Assembly: GCA_029932645.1 (NCBI GenBank)
Contig: JAOZPR010000011.1
Span: forward strand, 1 to 24,608
Direction of reading: 5' to 3'
Source: Candidatus Aenigmatarchaeota archaeon
GTDB lineage: Archaea > Aenigmatarchaeota > Aenigmatarchaeia > GW2011-AR5 > JAGGXF01
DNA length: 24,608 bases
A program made the position numbers and the translations under genes. Below the pieces are notes generated by a model, which saw nothing but the letters and a program-made list of their open reading frames with translations, was not told where the DNA came from and did no database searches. Of this stretch, positions 16,405 to 24,608 are shown in pieces (within the stretch, counting starts at the first letter, position 1; every line of letters begins with the position of its first letter).

Positions 16405-17684
16405 AATACCACCCCATCTTCCATGACTATTCGGCCATCTGCTATAGTCATAACAGGACAACCTTTTAATTTTAAACCCTCGAATGGCGACCATCCGCAC
16501 TTGGTGTAGAGGTCATCAGATTTTATTTTATGATGTTTTTTCATATCAACGACAGCAATGTCCGCATCAAAGCCCTGTTTTATATACCCTTTTTTTGCAA
16601 GCCCGAAGCGTTTTGCAGGGTTTTCACAACATAGCTGGATAAATCGTTCAAAACTAAGCAAGCGGCTGTTAACAGCATCAAGAAGCAAACCAGCCCGCGT
16701 TTCGACACCAGGAACTCCACCAGGCGCTGTCCAGACATCCTTGGACTTCTCTTCTATTGTATGCGGTGCATGATCTGTTGACACCATGTCTATAATGCCG
16801 TTATTAATCGCTGTCCAGAGCGCTGCTTGGTCTTGCTTTGTTCTGAGCGGCGGATTCATCGCCAACAGGGCTTTTTTCTCACGTATGTCAGTTTTTGTAA
16901 AGAATAGATAATGTGGGCATGTTTCTGTTGTTACATCTGCTCCATGCGACTTGGCGTTTTTAATCAGTTCAACGCCGCCTTCAGTTGTCAGATGCACAAT
17001 GTGCAGTCTTGTTTTATATGTTCCTGCCATTTTCAAAGCCTTTTCTATCGCCCTTATTTCAGACTCAGACGGTTTTGTGTCTGCATAGCTCTCAGGATGT
17101 CCTTCTATTTTTTTATTTTTCATTGCAGCTTCATTTATCTCAGGTGTTTCTGCATGAACAGCCAAAACCTCTCCGGTTTTTGAAACAGCCTGAAAAGCCT
17201 TTTCTTGTTTCGCCGAGTCTGTTAAAAGTAAGTCACCAGTGCTTTTGCACATAAACATTTTATAGCCACAGACCATGTCTTTTACTTCATCAAGAGCTTC
17301 GAGATTGTCTGGCCCGACACCAAAATATAAACCAAAGTTAACTATGGATTTCTTTTTTGCTATCTCTAATTTTTCTTTTAGCCTTTCCGGTGTTGTAATC
17401 GGCGGAACATTGTTAGGCATGTCAAGAACAGTCGTAACACCACCATGTGCCGCAGCTTTGGAGCCAGTAAGCCAGTCTTCTTTATATGTCTGACCAGGGT
17501 CACGAAAGTGAACATGTGGATCAATCAGCCCGGGTATGATTATCTTTCCAGAACAATTAATTATTTTATCCGCGTCTGTGGGATGCTGTTCTTTCGTTAT
17601 TTTTTCTATTTTTTCGCTGAGCAACAGGTTGGCATCAATAAGACGACCTTGTGTAAAAATTTTGCCATTTATTAAGGCGAGCAT
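16401..17684 (-). CDS. pyrC: Dihydroorotase (long type I)
   Basis: PGLIDPHVHFRDPG, DMPN, MNPPLR, TDHAPH; ATG 17684 after GAGGTG. Confidence 0.94.
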   Translation of the reverse strand: MLALINGKIFTQGRLIDANLLLSEKIEKITKEQHPTDADKIINCSGKIIIPGLIDPHVHFRDPGQTYKEDWLTGSKAAAHGGVTTVLDMPNNVPPITTPERLKEKLEIAKKKSIVNFGLYFGVGPDNLEALDEVKDMVCGYKMFMCKSTGDLLLTDSAKQEKAFQAVSKTGEVLAVHAETPEINEAAMKNKKIEGHPESYADTKPSESEIRAIEKALKMAGTYKTRLHIVHLTTEGGVELIKNAKSHGADVTTETCPHYLFFTKTDIREKKALLAMNPPLRTKQDQAALWTAINNGIIDMVSTDHAPHTIEEKSKDVWTAPGGVPGVETRAGLLLDAVNSRLLSFERFIQLCCENPAKRFGLAKKGYIKQGFDADIAVVDMKKHHKIKSDDLYTKCGWSPFEGLKLKGCPVMTIADGRIVMEDGVVL

Positions 17685-17705
17685 AACTTCAAACACCTCG
17701 TTCAG

Positions 17706-18527
17706 CTAACTTCTCCAGCTGTAGTATTCTTTTAGATTGACCTTTTTCCCGTTCTTCAAGCGCGCGAATTTTCCGAACTCTGTCATCTGCCTGAGCTGTT
17801 CCGAACTGAACACCGGACCATCCTTACAAACACGAAAGCCATTTATTATACACTGACCACAGACACCAAACCCGCATTTCATAAAGCGTTCAAGAGAAGC
17901 CTGCAGTGCTATATTATGTTGTTCAGTCAAATTAAAAACAGCTTTCATCATCATCTCTGGGCCGCATGTGTAAACAACATCAAATTTTTTTCGTTTCAGA
18001 AGTTCTCTTGCTATGTCTGTAGAAAATCCTTTAATACCAAGAGAACCATCATCAGTTGCTACGTATAGTTTTGAGTTCCCATTCAATCTTTCCTTGAAAA
18101 GAATAGCATCTGCTGTTTTGGCTCCGACAATAACAACAGGCTTATCAAGCATCTCGACCAGCGGAACCAGTGGTATCACTCCGCAGCCACCAGCAATGAC
18201 GCAGGCATTTTTTTGTGGTGTGAACCCGTTGCCATACGGACCTCTGATACCTACGATGTCATCAACAGACAACTCGAACATTTTTTTTGTGAATTTTCCT
18301 TTAAGTTGCACAGTTATGGCAGTGTTGTTCCCGATATAAGACAAGCTGAATGGCTTCTCACCGATTCTCGGAATCCAGAACATGATGAACTGGCCAGGCA
18401 CGGCTTCAAGCTTGGTATCAAGAAAAAATGTTTTTGTGTTATAGTTTTCATCAACTATTTTTTTTATTTTGACAGCTTTTGGCATGTCTGTACCATGCCC
18501 TGCGGTATGATCAATATTATGATTCAT
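17706..18527 (-). CDS. pyrK: Dihydroorotate dehydrogenase electron transfer subunit
   Basis: PGQF, KPFS, RGPYGNGF, CGPEMM, CGFGVCGQC..VC [2Fe-2S] motif. The start overlaps the end of pyrD. Confidence 0.94.
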   Translation of the reverse strand: MNHNIDHTAGHGTDMPKAVKIKKIVDENYNTKTFFLDTKLEAVPGQFIMFWIPRIGEKPFSLSYIGNNTAITVQLKGKFTKKMFELSVDDIVGIRGPYGNGFTPQKNACVIAGGCGVIPLVPLVEMLDKPVVIVGAKTADAILFKERLNGNSKLYVATDDGSLGIKGFSTDIARELLKRKKFDVVYTCGPEMMMKAVFNLTEQHNIALQASLERFMKCGFGVCGQCIINGFRVCKDGPVFSSEQLRQMTEFGKFARLKNGKKVNLKEYYSWRS

Positions 18528-19440
18528 GAGCAGCACCCACCAATTGTTTTATGCTGGTATAACCATTGTTATCCATCCATTCTGAGAGCTCTTCAGATAT
18601 CTTTTTGAAGACGTCTAAGCCACGATAGTATATCGCAGAGCCGATACCAACAGCGCTTGCGCCTGCCATGATCATTTCTACAGTAGCTTTTCCGTTCATG
18701 ATTCCACCTATCCCTATAACAGGTATATCAACTGTTTCATAGATGTCATAGACACAACGAATTGCAACGGGTTTTATAGCAGGACCGGACAGTCCGCCTT
18801 TCTTAAATGCCATAACAGGTTTTGCTGTCTCTATGTTTATAATCATGCCAGGGCCAACTGTGTTTATAGCAGAGATCCCGTCTGCACCAGCATCTTCGAC
18901 CGCTTTTGCTATTTCTTTAATGTCTGTAACATTCGGAGAAAGTTTCACTATGACAGGTATGGACACAGCATCTTTCACATTTCTAACCAGGCTGCTCAAA
19001 AGTTCTGGGTCACTGTAGTAAGGTTTTTTATGAATTACATTTGGGCAGGACACATTAAGCTCAATAATATCTACTCCGGCAGCTTCTCCCAGTTTTGCAA
19101 CAGTAATAAAATCCTCGTTTCTGTCCCCTATTGTATTGAGAATCAGCGGTATTTTTTTTTCTTTAACAGTCTTTATTTCTTCAATGTAATTATCTATGCC
19201 TGGGTTTGAGAGTCCGACAGCATTTATCAACCCATGCCCAAAAGACAAAACAGTCGGGTTGGCATGACCATTTCTTGATTCAATGCTTATTGATTTTGTT
19301 GTTACAGCACCAGCGCCGTTCTCATATACCCTTATCAGAGATTCTGCAGAGACGCCAAGAAAACCAGCAGCTAGTATGGTCGGATTTCTTAGCTCTGTTC
19401 CGAGTAGTGTTGTTTTTAGATTTGCTGTGATGACAGACAA
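18517..19440 (-). CDS. pyrD: Dihydroorotate dehydrogenase family 1B catalytic subunit
   Basis: TTKS, NAVGLSNPG, ELNVSCPN, KLSPN, INT, GGLSG; TTG start after GAGGTG; adjacent to pyrK. Confidence 0.95.
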   Translation of the reverse strand: MSVITANLKTTLLGTELRNPTILAAGFLGVSAESLIRVYENGAGAVTTKSISIESRNGHANPTVLSFGHGLINAVGLSNPGIDNYIEEIKTVKEKKIPLILNTIGDRNEDFITVAKLGEAAGVDIIELNVSCPNVIHKKPYYSDPELLSSLVRNVKDAVSIPVIVKLSPNVTDIKEIAKAVEDAGADGISAINTVGPGMIINIETAKPVMAFKKGGLSGPAIKPVAIRCVYDIYETVDIPVIGIGGIMNGKATVEMIMAGASAVGIGSAIYYRGLDVFKKISEELSEWMDNNGYTSIKQLVGAAHES

Positions 19441-19555
19441 TTACCACACCTCAAAAACATTTAATTTATATAATTTATTAAATTATTAAAATAGAAGAGA
19501 TGGCGATTGATATATATTAGTACTGATGTAATGATAAAGGCCATGGTGATATTAA

Positions 19556-19987
19556 ATGATAGCGCTGGGCAGCGATCATGCCGGTTTTGAACTTAAAGAA
19601 AAAATAAAGAAGTACCTAGAAGAGAAAAAAGTCGAAACAAAAGACTATGGCTGCTTTTCTGATGACCCCGTAGATTATCCTGATTATGCTGAGAAGGTTG
19701 CCAAGGCTGTTGCTAACGGTGATGCGGATAGAGGCATACTCGTCTGTGGAACAGGTCTTGGTATGAGCATGTCTGCTAATAAGTTGCCGGGTATAAGAGC
19801 AGCCCTTTGCTGGAACGAGAAAGCAGCGGAGATGAGCAGGAAGCACAATGATGCAAACGTATTGTGCTTGGGAGCAAGATTAATAGATCATACTGATGCG
19901 CTAAGGATTGTCGATGTGTGGCTCAAGACGAGTTTTGATGGCGGTAGACATATAAAAAGAGTGGAGAAGATAAATAAGATTGTTTAA
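19556..19987 (+). CDS. rpiB: Ribose-5-phosphate isomerase B
   Basis: GSDHAG, DYPD, CGTGLG, ANK, HNDANVL, FDGGRH. Confidence 0.96.
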   Translation: MIALGSDHAGFELKEKIKKYLEEKKVETKDYGCFSDDPVDYPDYAEKVAKAVANGDADRGILVCGTGLGMSMSANKLPGIRAALCWNEKAAEMSRKHNDANVLCLGARLIDHTDALRIVDVWLKTSFDGGRHIKRVEKINKIV

Positions 19988-20010
19988 TTGTTTTATAGGA
20001 GTGTTATTAG

Positions 20011-21006
20011 ATGCCAAAACTGCAGTTAGCTCTTGATTTTATAAGAGCAGAAGATGCTATCAGAATTGCTGATGCGTGCAATGATTATGTGGACTTTGTA
20101 GAGGCAGGAACACCTTTAATTAAGGCTATGGGTATGTCTGTTGTTAAAAGAACCAAAGAACAAAACCCAGACAAAGTAATTGTTGTTGACATGAAGCCTA
20201 TGGATGTGGGAAAGCTCGAGATGGAGTTGGCAATCAAAGCCGGCGCAGATGTTGTAATAATACCTGGGATTGCTCCTTTATCAACACTCGAAGAGTGCAT
20301 CAAGACTGCTGAGACAAATGGTGTTAAAGTATCCATAGGCACGACAGGGATGGAACAGTTGCTTGGTAAGGAAGAAACAATTAAGCGTATGGAAGACATT
20401 AGGTCAAAATGGCAGGGCGTTGTTATCAATCTCCCCGAAGATGCGATAAAAATATCTGGTTATGAATTCAAGTCAGCTGGTCTCGTGATTGTAAAAAAGT
20501 TAAAGGAGAAATATCCGAATAAGGTTATTGTTGCCGACTTAAAGACCATATCCAACGCAGATAAAGAATTCGAGGCAGCATTTGAAGCAGGTGCAGATAT
20601 AGCATGTATAATTGCTGCAACAACAGACGAAGAGATAAAAAAGGCTGTAGATACGGCTAAGAAATATGGCAAAAAGGTTATGGCTGACCTGATTGGCATA
20701 AGGGACCACATCGGCGAGGATGGCCTTATTCAGAGAGCTGAGCAGCTGAAAAAACTGGGTGTAGATTATATTTGTTATCATGTCCCTATTGATGATCAGG
20801 TTCGCGGTAAAGAAGTTCCACCAAAAAGCATACAAAGGATATCCGATGCTATAACTATAGCAGTTGCATGCGCAGGTGGTATAAACCAGCAAACAGCTGC
20901 AAATATTGTTAAGGCTGGCGCAGAGGTTATAATTGTAGGCGGTGCTATAACAAAGGCTCCTGATCCGGGAAAGGTCGCTAAAAAAATAAGAGAGGCTTTT
21001 TCTTAG
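20011..21006 (+). CDS. hxlA: 3-hexulose-6-phosphate synthase (HPS/KGPDC family) with an internal partial-barrel duplication
   Basis: LQLALD, EAGTPLIK, DMKPMD, AGGI, IVGGAI; lies between rpiB and phi; 331 aa against roughly 210 aa for a typical HPS. Confidence 0.85.
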   Translation: MPKLQLALDFIRAEDAIRIADACNDYVDFVEAGTPLIKAMGMSVVKRTKEQNPDKVIVVDMKPMDVGKLEMELAIKAGADVVIIPGIAPLSTLEECIKTAETNGVKVSIGTTGMEQLLGKEETIKRMEDIRSKWQGVVINLPEDAIKISGYEFKSAGLVIVKKLKEKYPNKVIVADLKTISNADKEFEAAFEAGADIACIIAATTDEEIKKAVDTAKKYGKKVMADLIGIRDHIGEDGLIQRAEQLKKLGVDYICYHVPIDDQVRGKEVPPKSIQRISDAITIAVACAGGINQQTAANIVKAGAEVIIVGGAITKAPDPGKVAKKIREAFS

Positions 21007-21071
21007 CCTATAGATAATTTTTAGTAATTAAATTCATAATTAGATATGGTGTTATAGCAAGTGGTGATATT

Positions 21072-21668
21072 ATGAAATTTGCAAAACAGGCTATAGAAGA
21101 AATTTTGAGTCATGTTAAAGACGTAACAGAAAACATTAAAGGAGAAGAAATAGAACAGCTAATGGAGTATATCATTGCTGCTAAAAGGGTTTTTGTTTAT
21201 GGTACAGGGAGATCCGGTCTTGTTTCCAAGGCATTTGCCATAAGGCTAGCGCACCTCGGTTTTGATGTTTATATCGTTGGTGAGACTATAACACCGCCAG
21301 TAACAAAGGGAGATGTCTTATTTTGCGTATCTGGCTCTGGCAGGACCGGCTCGGTTGTTTTGTTGGCGAAGACAGCCAAAGAAGAGGGAGCAACCGTGGT
21401 TGCTATAACTTCTGATGCCAACTCCACTCTTGCTCAACTCGCAGACACCTTCCTGATAATAAAGGGCAGAACAAAAAACGATATATTGAAAGAAGAAAAA
21501 GATTATCTAACAGATCAAATAAAAGGGAAATATTCACCGTTATCGCCGATGGGAACTTTGTTCGAGGACGCGTGTCAGATATTTCTGGACGGCATTATTG
21601 TCGAGCTGATGAATAGAACTGGGAAGACTGAAAGGGATCTCAGGTCAAGACACATGAATATGGAATAG
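21072..21668 (+). CDS. hxlB: 6-phospho-3-hexuloisomerase (SIS domain)
   Basis: GTGRSG, RLAHLG, VGETITP, SGSG, PMGTLFE, C-terminal RHMNME. Confidence 0.93.
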   Translation: MKFAKQAIEEILSHVKDVTENIKGEEIEQLMEYIIAAKRVFVYGTGRSGLVSKAFAIRLAHLGFDVYIVGETITPPVTKGDVLFCVSGSGRTGSVVLLAKTAKEEGATVVAITSDANSTLAQLADTFLIIKGRTKNDILKEEKDYLTDQIKGKYSPLSPMGTLFEDACQIFLDGIIVELMNRTGKTERDLRSRHMNME

Positions 21669-21676
21669 GGGTTATA

Positions 21677-22237
21677 TTATCTTTTACAGACTTTTAGAAA
21701 ATTCTCAAATATTTCATAACCGTATTCAGTATTTTCAACTTCTGGATGAAACTGGACACCATACAAAGGTCTTCTTTTATGTTTCATCGCTTGGATTGGA
21801 CAGTTTATAGAATGTGCTAATATCTCAAAGTTGGGACATGCCTTAACAATGTCATTGTGGGATTCCCAGACCGTAAACTTTTTGGGCAGGCCGCGAAAGA
21901 GGTCATCCTCCTTATCGACGATTATCTCCGCCTTTCCATATTCCGGCGTATCTGCTGCTGCGACACTACCACCAAAACAAAGAGCCATCAACTGATGACC
22001 AACACATATCCCCATTATCGGTCCATTAAAGTTTTCAATATAGTTTTTACAGTATCCAAGCTTCTCCACCTCTGATATAATTCTTGGAGCGCCACCAGAC
22101 AGCACAAGAGCATCTGCATTTATTTTTTCTAGTGGCACTGTATTGGAAATTATTTCTGTGTCGCATCCAAGATATTTTAACACACGATATTCTCTATGTG
22201 TCCATTGTCCGCCGTTGTCAACAACCAAAACACGCAT
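21677..22237 (-). CDS. guaAA: GMP synthase subunit A (glutamine amidotransferase)
   Basis: VDNGGQWTHR, LSGG, GICVGHQ, QFHPEV. Start moved to ATG 22237. Confidence 0.94.
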   Translation of the reverse strand: MRVLVVDNGGQWTHREYRVLKYLGCDTEIISNTVPLEKINADALVLSGGAPRIISEVEKLGYCKNYIENFNGPIMGICVGHQLMALCFGGSVAAADTPEYGKAEIIVDKEDDLFRGLPKKFTVWESHNDIVKACPNFEILAHSINCPIQAMKHKRRPLYGVQFHPEVENTEYGYEIFENFLKVCKR

Positions 22238-22264
22238 GATAATCACTTTTCATTAGTCCTTTCA

Positions 22265-23224
22265 TTATTCAAACTCTATTGTAGCTGGAGGCTTGTTTGT
22301 TATATCGTATACAACCCGGGTGACTTTGTCTTTCAGAACATTTGTTATTCTGGTTGAAATTTTCTGTAGTATTTCATGCGATATTTTACTATATGCTGCA
22401 GACATGCCATCAATACTATCGACAGCCCGGATAACTATTGTATACCCATATGCTCTTACATCACCATGCACGCCAACACTTTTCGTCGGTAGCAGAACAG
22501 CAAAATATTGCCATGGTATCTCTATTTTACCTTTTTCAGCCGCTGCTTCTATTTCTTTTTCTAGGATAAAAGAGGCCTCTCTTATAATATCCACTTTTTC
22601 TTCCGTAACCTCCCCAACTATTCTTATAGCAAGGCCTGGGCCAGGAAATGGTTGTTTTGTATATATCTTTTTTGGTATGTTCAAAGCTTTTCCAACATTT
22701 CTTACCTCATCCTTATACAAATCTCTCAATGGCTCCACAAGCTTTAGCCCCATTTTTTCAGGCAAGCCACCAACATTATGATGCGCCTTTATCCTGTTCC
22801 TTATTCCACCGCCAGACTCTATCCAGTCTGGTGCTATTGTTCCTTGTGCCAAATACTCTGCCCCGAAATCTTCTGCTACTTTCTCGAAGATTTTTATAAA
22901 AAGCTCACCACATATCTTTCTTTTCTCTTCTGGATCGCGGACACCTTTCAGGGCTGATAAAAATTTTTCTTTGGCATCTACAATCTTCATATTCAGTTTC
23001 AGCTCTTTACCAAGTTCTTGCATTTGTTCTGTTTCGTTTTTTCTCATAAATCCGGTGTCGACAAAAACGCACAGAAGTCTACTACCGACAGCCTTGTTCA
23101 CAAGAGCTGCCACTGTTGTCGAGTCCACACCTCCAGACCAAGCTAGTATTACCTTTCCTTTAACATCTGTTTTTATCTTTTCTATAGCATCTTGGACAAA
23201 AATTTTTGGGTCAAAACCAAGCAT
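22265..23224 (-). CDS. guaAB: GMP synthase subunit B (ATP pyrophosphatase)
   Basis: SGGVDS PP-loop, QGTIAPD, HHNVGGLP, PFPGPGLAIR, KPPATIEFE; ATG 23224 after AGGTGA. Confidence 0.95.
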   Translation of the reverse strand: MLGFDPKIFVQDAIEKIKTDVKGKVILAWSGGVDSTTVAALVNKAVGSRLLCVFVDTGFMRKNETEQMQELGKELKLNMKIVDAKEKFLSALKGVRDPEEKRKICGELFIKIFEKVAEDFGAEYLAQGTIAPDWIESGGGIRNRIKAHHNVGGLPEKMGLKLVEPLRDLYKDEVRNVGKALNIPKKIYTKQPFPGPGLAIRIVGEVTEEKVDIIREASFILEKEIEAAAEKGKIEIPWQYFAVLLPTKSVGVHGDVRAYGYTIVIRAVDSIDGMSAAYSKISHEILQKISTRITNVLKDKVTRVVYDITNKPPATIEFE

Positions 23225-23264
23225 AGACTTCACCTAAAGTTTTTTTGTTGACTAAAGTTTTGTA

Positions 23265-24302
23265 TCAAAGCTCTATATTATATTCTTCTATAGTGATTTT
23301 TTTGGTTTTATCTACCTCACCGATGACATCTGCAGCTGTGCCATATTTCTCTGCGATTCTTATTATTTCTTTTTCTTCTTTTGCTATCACACAAAAACCA
23401 ACACCCATGTTAAAGGTTCTGAACATTTCCTTGTCTTGGATTTTTCCAAGCCGCTTTATCTCAGAAAATATTTCAGGTATTGGCAAGAGTTTTTCTATTT
23501 TATAGCCGACGTTTTCGTTCAGTCTCCTTATATTAAGAAAACCACCACCAGTTATATGAGCAAGGCCGTGAATGTTTTCAAAGTCGCTTTTGATCATCTC
23601 CAACACAGGCTTTACATATATTTTTGTTGGTGTGAGAAGTTCTTCGGCGACTGTTTTACCCCATGGTAGAATATCATTTATTTTATATTTTTCAAAAATA
23701 ACCTTTCTCGCCAAAGTCAAACCGTTCGTATGAATGCCAGAACTGGCCAAGCCGATTATTTTATCTCCCGGCTCTATTTTATCGCCTACAATTATTTTAT
23801 CTTTCTTCACAAAGCCCAACGCAGCACCAGCCAAGTCAAATCCCTTATGGTCGATACCTCTTATTACATCTTTCAATGTTGCTGTCTCACCACCGACTAT
23901 TACTATATTTGCCTGTTCTGCGCCCTTCAGAAGCCCAACTCCGATTTCTTTCATTATATCTGGGTCTGTTCTTTCCATTGCCAGATAATCGACAAGTGCT
24001 ATTGGTTCTGCGCCCACGCAAATGATATCATCGACATTCATCGCAATCATGTCTATTCCGACAGTATCGTATTGATTGGCTAGCTGTGCTACTAGAACTT
24101 TTGTTCCGACGCCATCTGAGGACAGAACAAGATATTTATCGCCGAAATCTACGAAGTTGGCAAAATGACCGATTTCAGCTTTTGGTTCTCCTATTTTACC
24201 TTTTCTGAACGCAAAGCTTTTTTTAACAACATCTACTAGGCTCTTTATAGATTCTGCCTCTTTATCTATATCAACACCAGCTTTTGCATATGTTGTTACC
24301 AT
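23265..24302 (-). CDS. purM: Phosphoribosylformylglycinamidine cyclo-ligase (AIR synthetase)
   Basis: YAKAGVD, DGVGTK, GGETA, SSGIHTNG, HITGGG, FNMGVG; ATG 24302. Confidence 0.96.
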   Translation of the reverse strand: MVTTYAKAGVDIDKEAESIKSLVDVVKKSFAFRKGKIGEPKAEIGHFANFVDFGDKYLVLSSDGVGTKVLVAQLANQYDTVGIDMIAMNVDDIICVGAEPIALVDYLAMERTDPDIMKEIGVGLLKGAEQANIVIVGGETATLKDVIRGIDHKGFDLAGAALGFVKKDKIIVGDKIEPGDKIIGLASSGIHTNGLTLARKVIFEKYKINDILPWGKTVAEELLTPTKIYVKPVLEMIKSDFENIHGLAHITGGGFLNIRRLNENVGYKIEKLLPIPEIFSEIKRLGKIQDKEMFRTFNMGVGFCVIAKEEKEIIRIAEKYGTAADVIGEVDKTKKITIEEYNIEL

Positions 24303-24333
24303 TCTAGCTGCCCCCAACCAAAATTAAATACCT

Positions 24334-24608
24334 TTAAATACCTAGCTTTGATCTCCAAAAGCGTACAGCTTCTTCTGTTTTGTCTGAGGCAGTTCCAGTG
24401 TAGTTTTCCACCTTTTCAAGTATTTTTTTTCTATCTTCTGGAATACTATCCAAAAGTTTTTTTATTTTTTCATCTTTTTTAATCAGTTCAGAAAGCGGTG
24501 TGCCACTTTTTAGCGCCTCGTTTACAAGATTTTTCACATATTTGTGGGCATTGATATGCCCGCCCATTGCGAGCATGATATAGACAGGTTCTGCCAGAGC
24601 AGTACCAG
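24334..24608 (-). CDS. purB: Adenylosuccinate lyase, C-terminal part (truncated by the window edge)
   Basis: The frame is open to the window end: ...GTALAEPVYIML..GH..AH...ENYTGTA, resembling the PurB C-terminus. Purine gene context supports this. Confidence 0.7.
   Translation of the reverse strand, partial: GTALAEPVYIMLAMGGHINAHKYVKNLVNEALKSGTPLSELIKKDEKIKKLLDSIPEDRKKILEKVENYTGTASDKTEEAVRFWRSKLGI

Noticed and set aside
16405..16500. N-terminal extension of pyrE, and similar extensions called for hsp20, pyrC, guaAA, guaAB and purM
   Set aside because: Downstream ATGs with SD motifs or ATGA overlaps fit better. The extensions come from longest-ORF calling.
1..24608. tRNA, rRNA, CRISPR arrays, transposases, integrases, inteins, defence systems
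   Set aside because: Intergenic gaps are short and AT-rich with no cloverleaf or repeat-spacer pattern. No ORF shows such motifs, and TopA and the synthetases are of normal length.

Overview
AT-rich archaeal chromosomal segment. Evidence: archaeal-type TyrRS and TopA, split GuaAA/GuaAB, GGTGA/GAGGTG Shine-Dalgarno (SD) motifs and TATA-box promoters. The left half (1-12.3 kb) holds housekeeping and stress genes: an orphan ORF, an unannotated 43-aa zinc-ribbon microprotein, a DUF2797 protein, two MBL hydrolases, Hsp20, rtcA with a beta-CASP RNase, tyrS, an AGT-like protein with an altered active site, serS, topA and a divergent second pyrD-like gene. The right half (12.4-24.6 kb) is a dense nucleotide-biosynthesis supercluster: argF-pyrB-pyrI > < pyrF-pyrE-pyrC-pyrK-pyrD, rpiB-hps-phi > < guaAA-guaAB-purM-purB (purB partial). 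I saw no RNA genes, CRISPR arrays or mobile elements. Most notable: (1) an HPS enzyme with an internal 116-aa-offset partial-barrel duplication whose two copies have lost complementary catalytic residues; (2) argF heading the pyrBI operon with no carAB nearby, behind a leader with a 36-codon uORF and a foldable RNA; (3) the missed TrxC-like zinc-finger microprotein; (4) a pyrD paralog with DPD-like motifs. All family assignments come from motif recognition by eye; no database searches were run.
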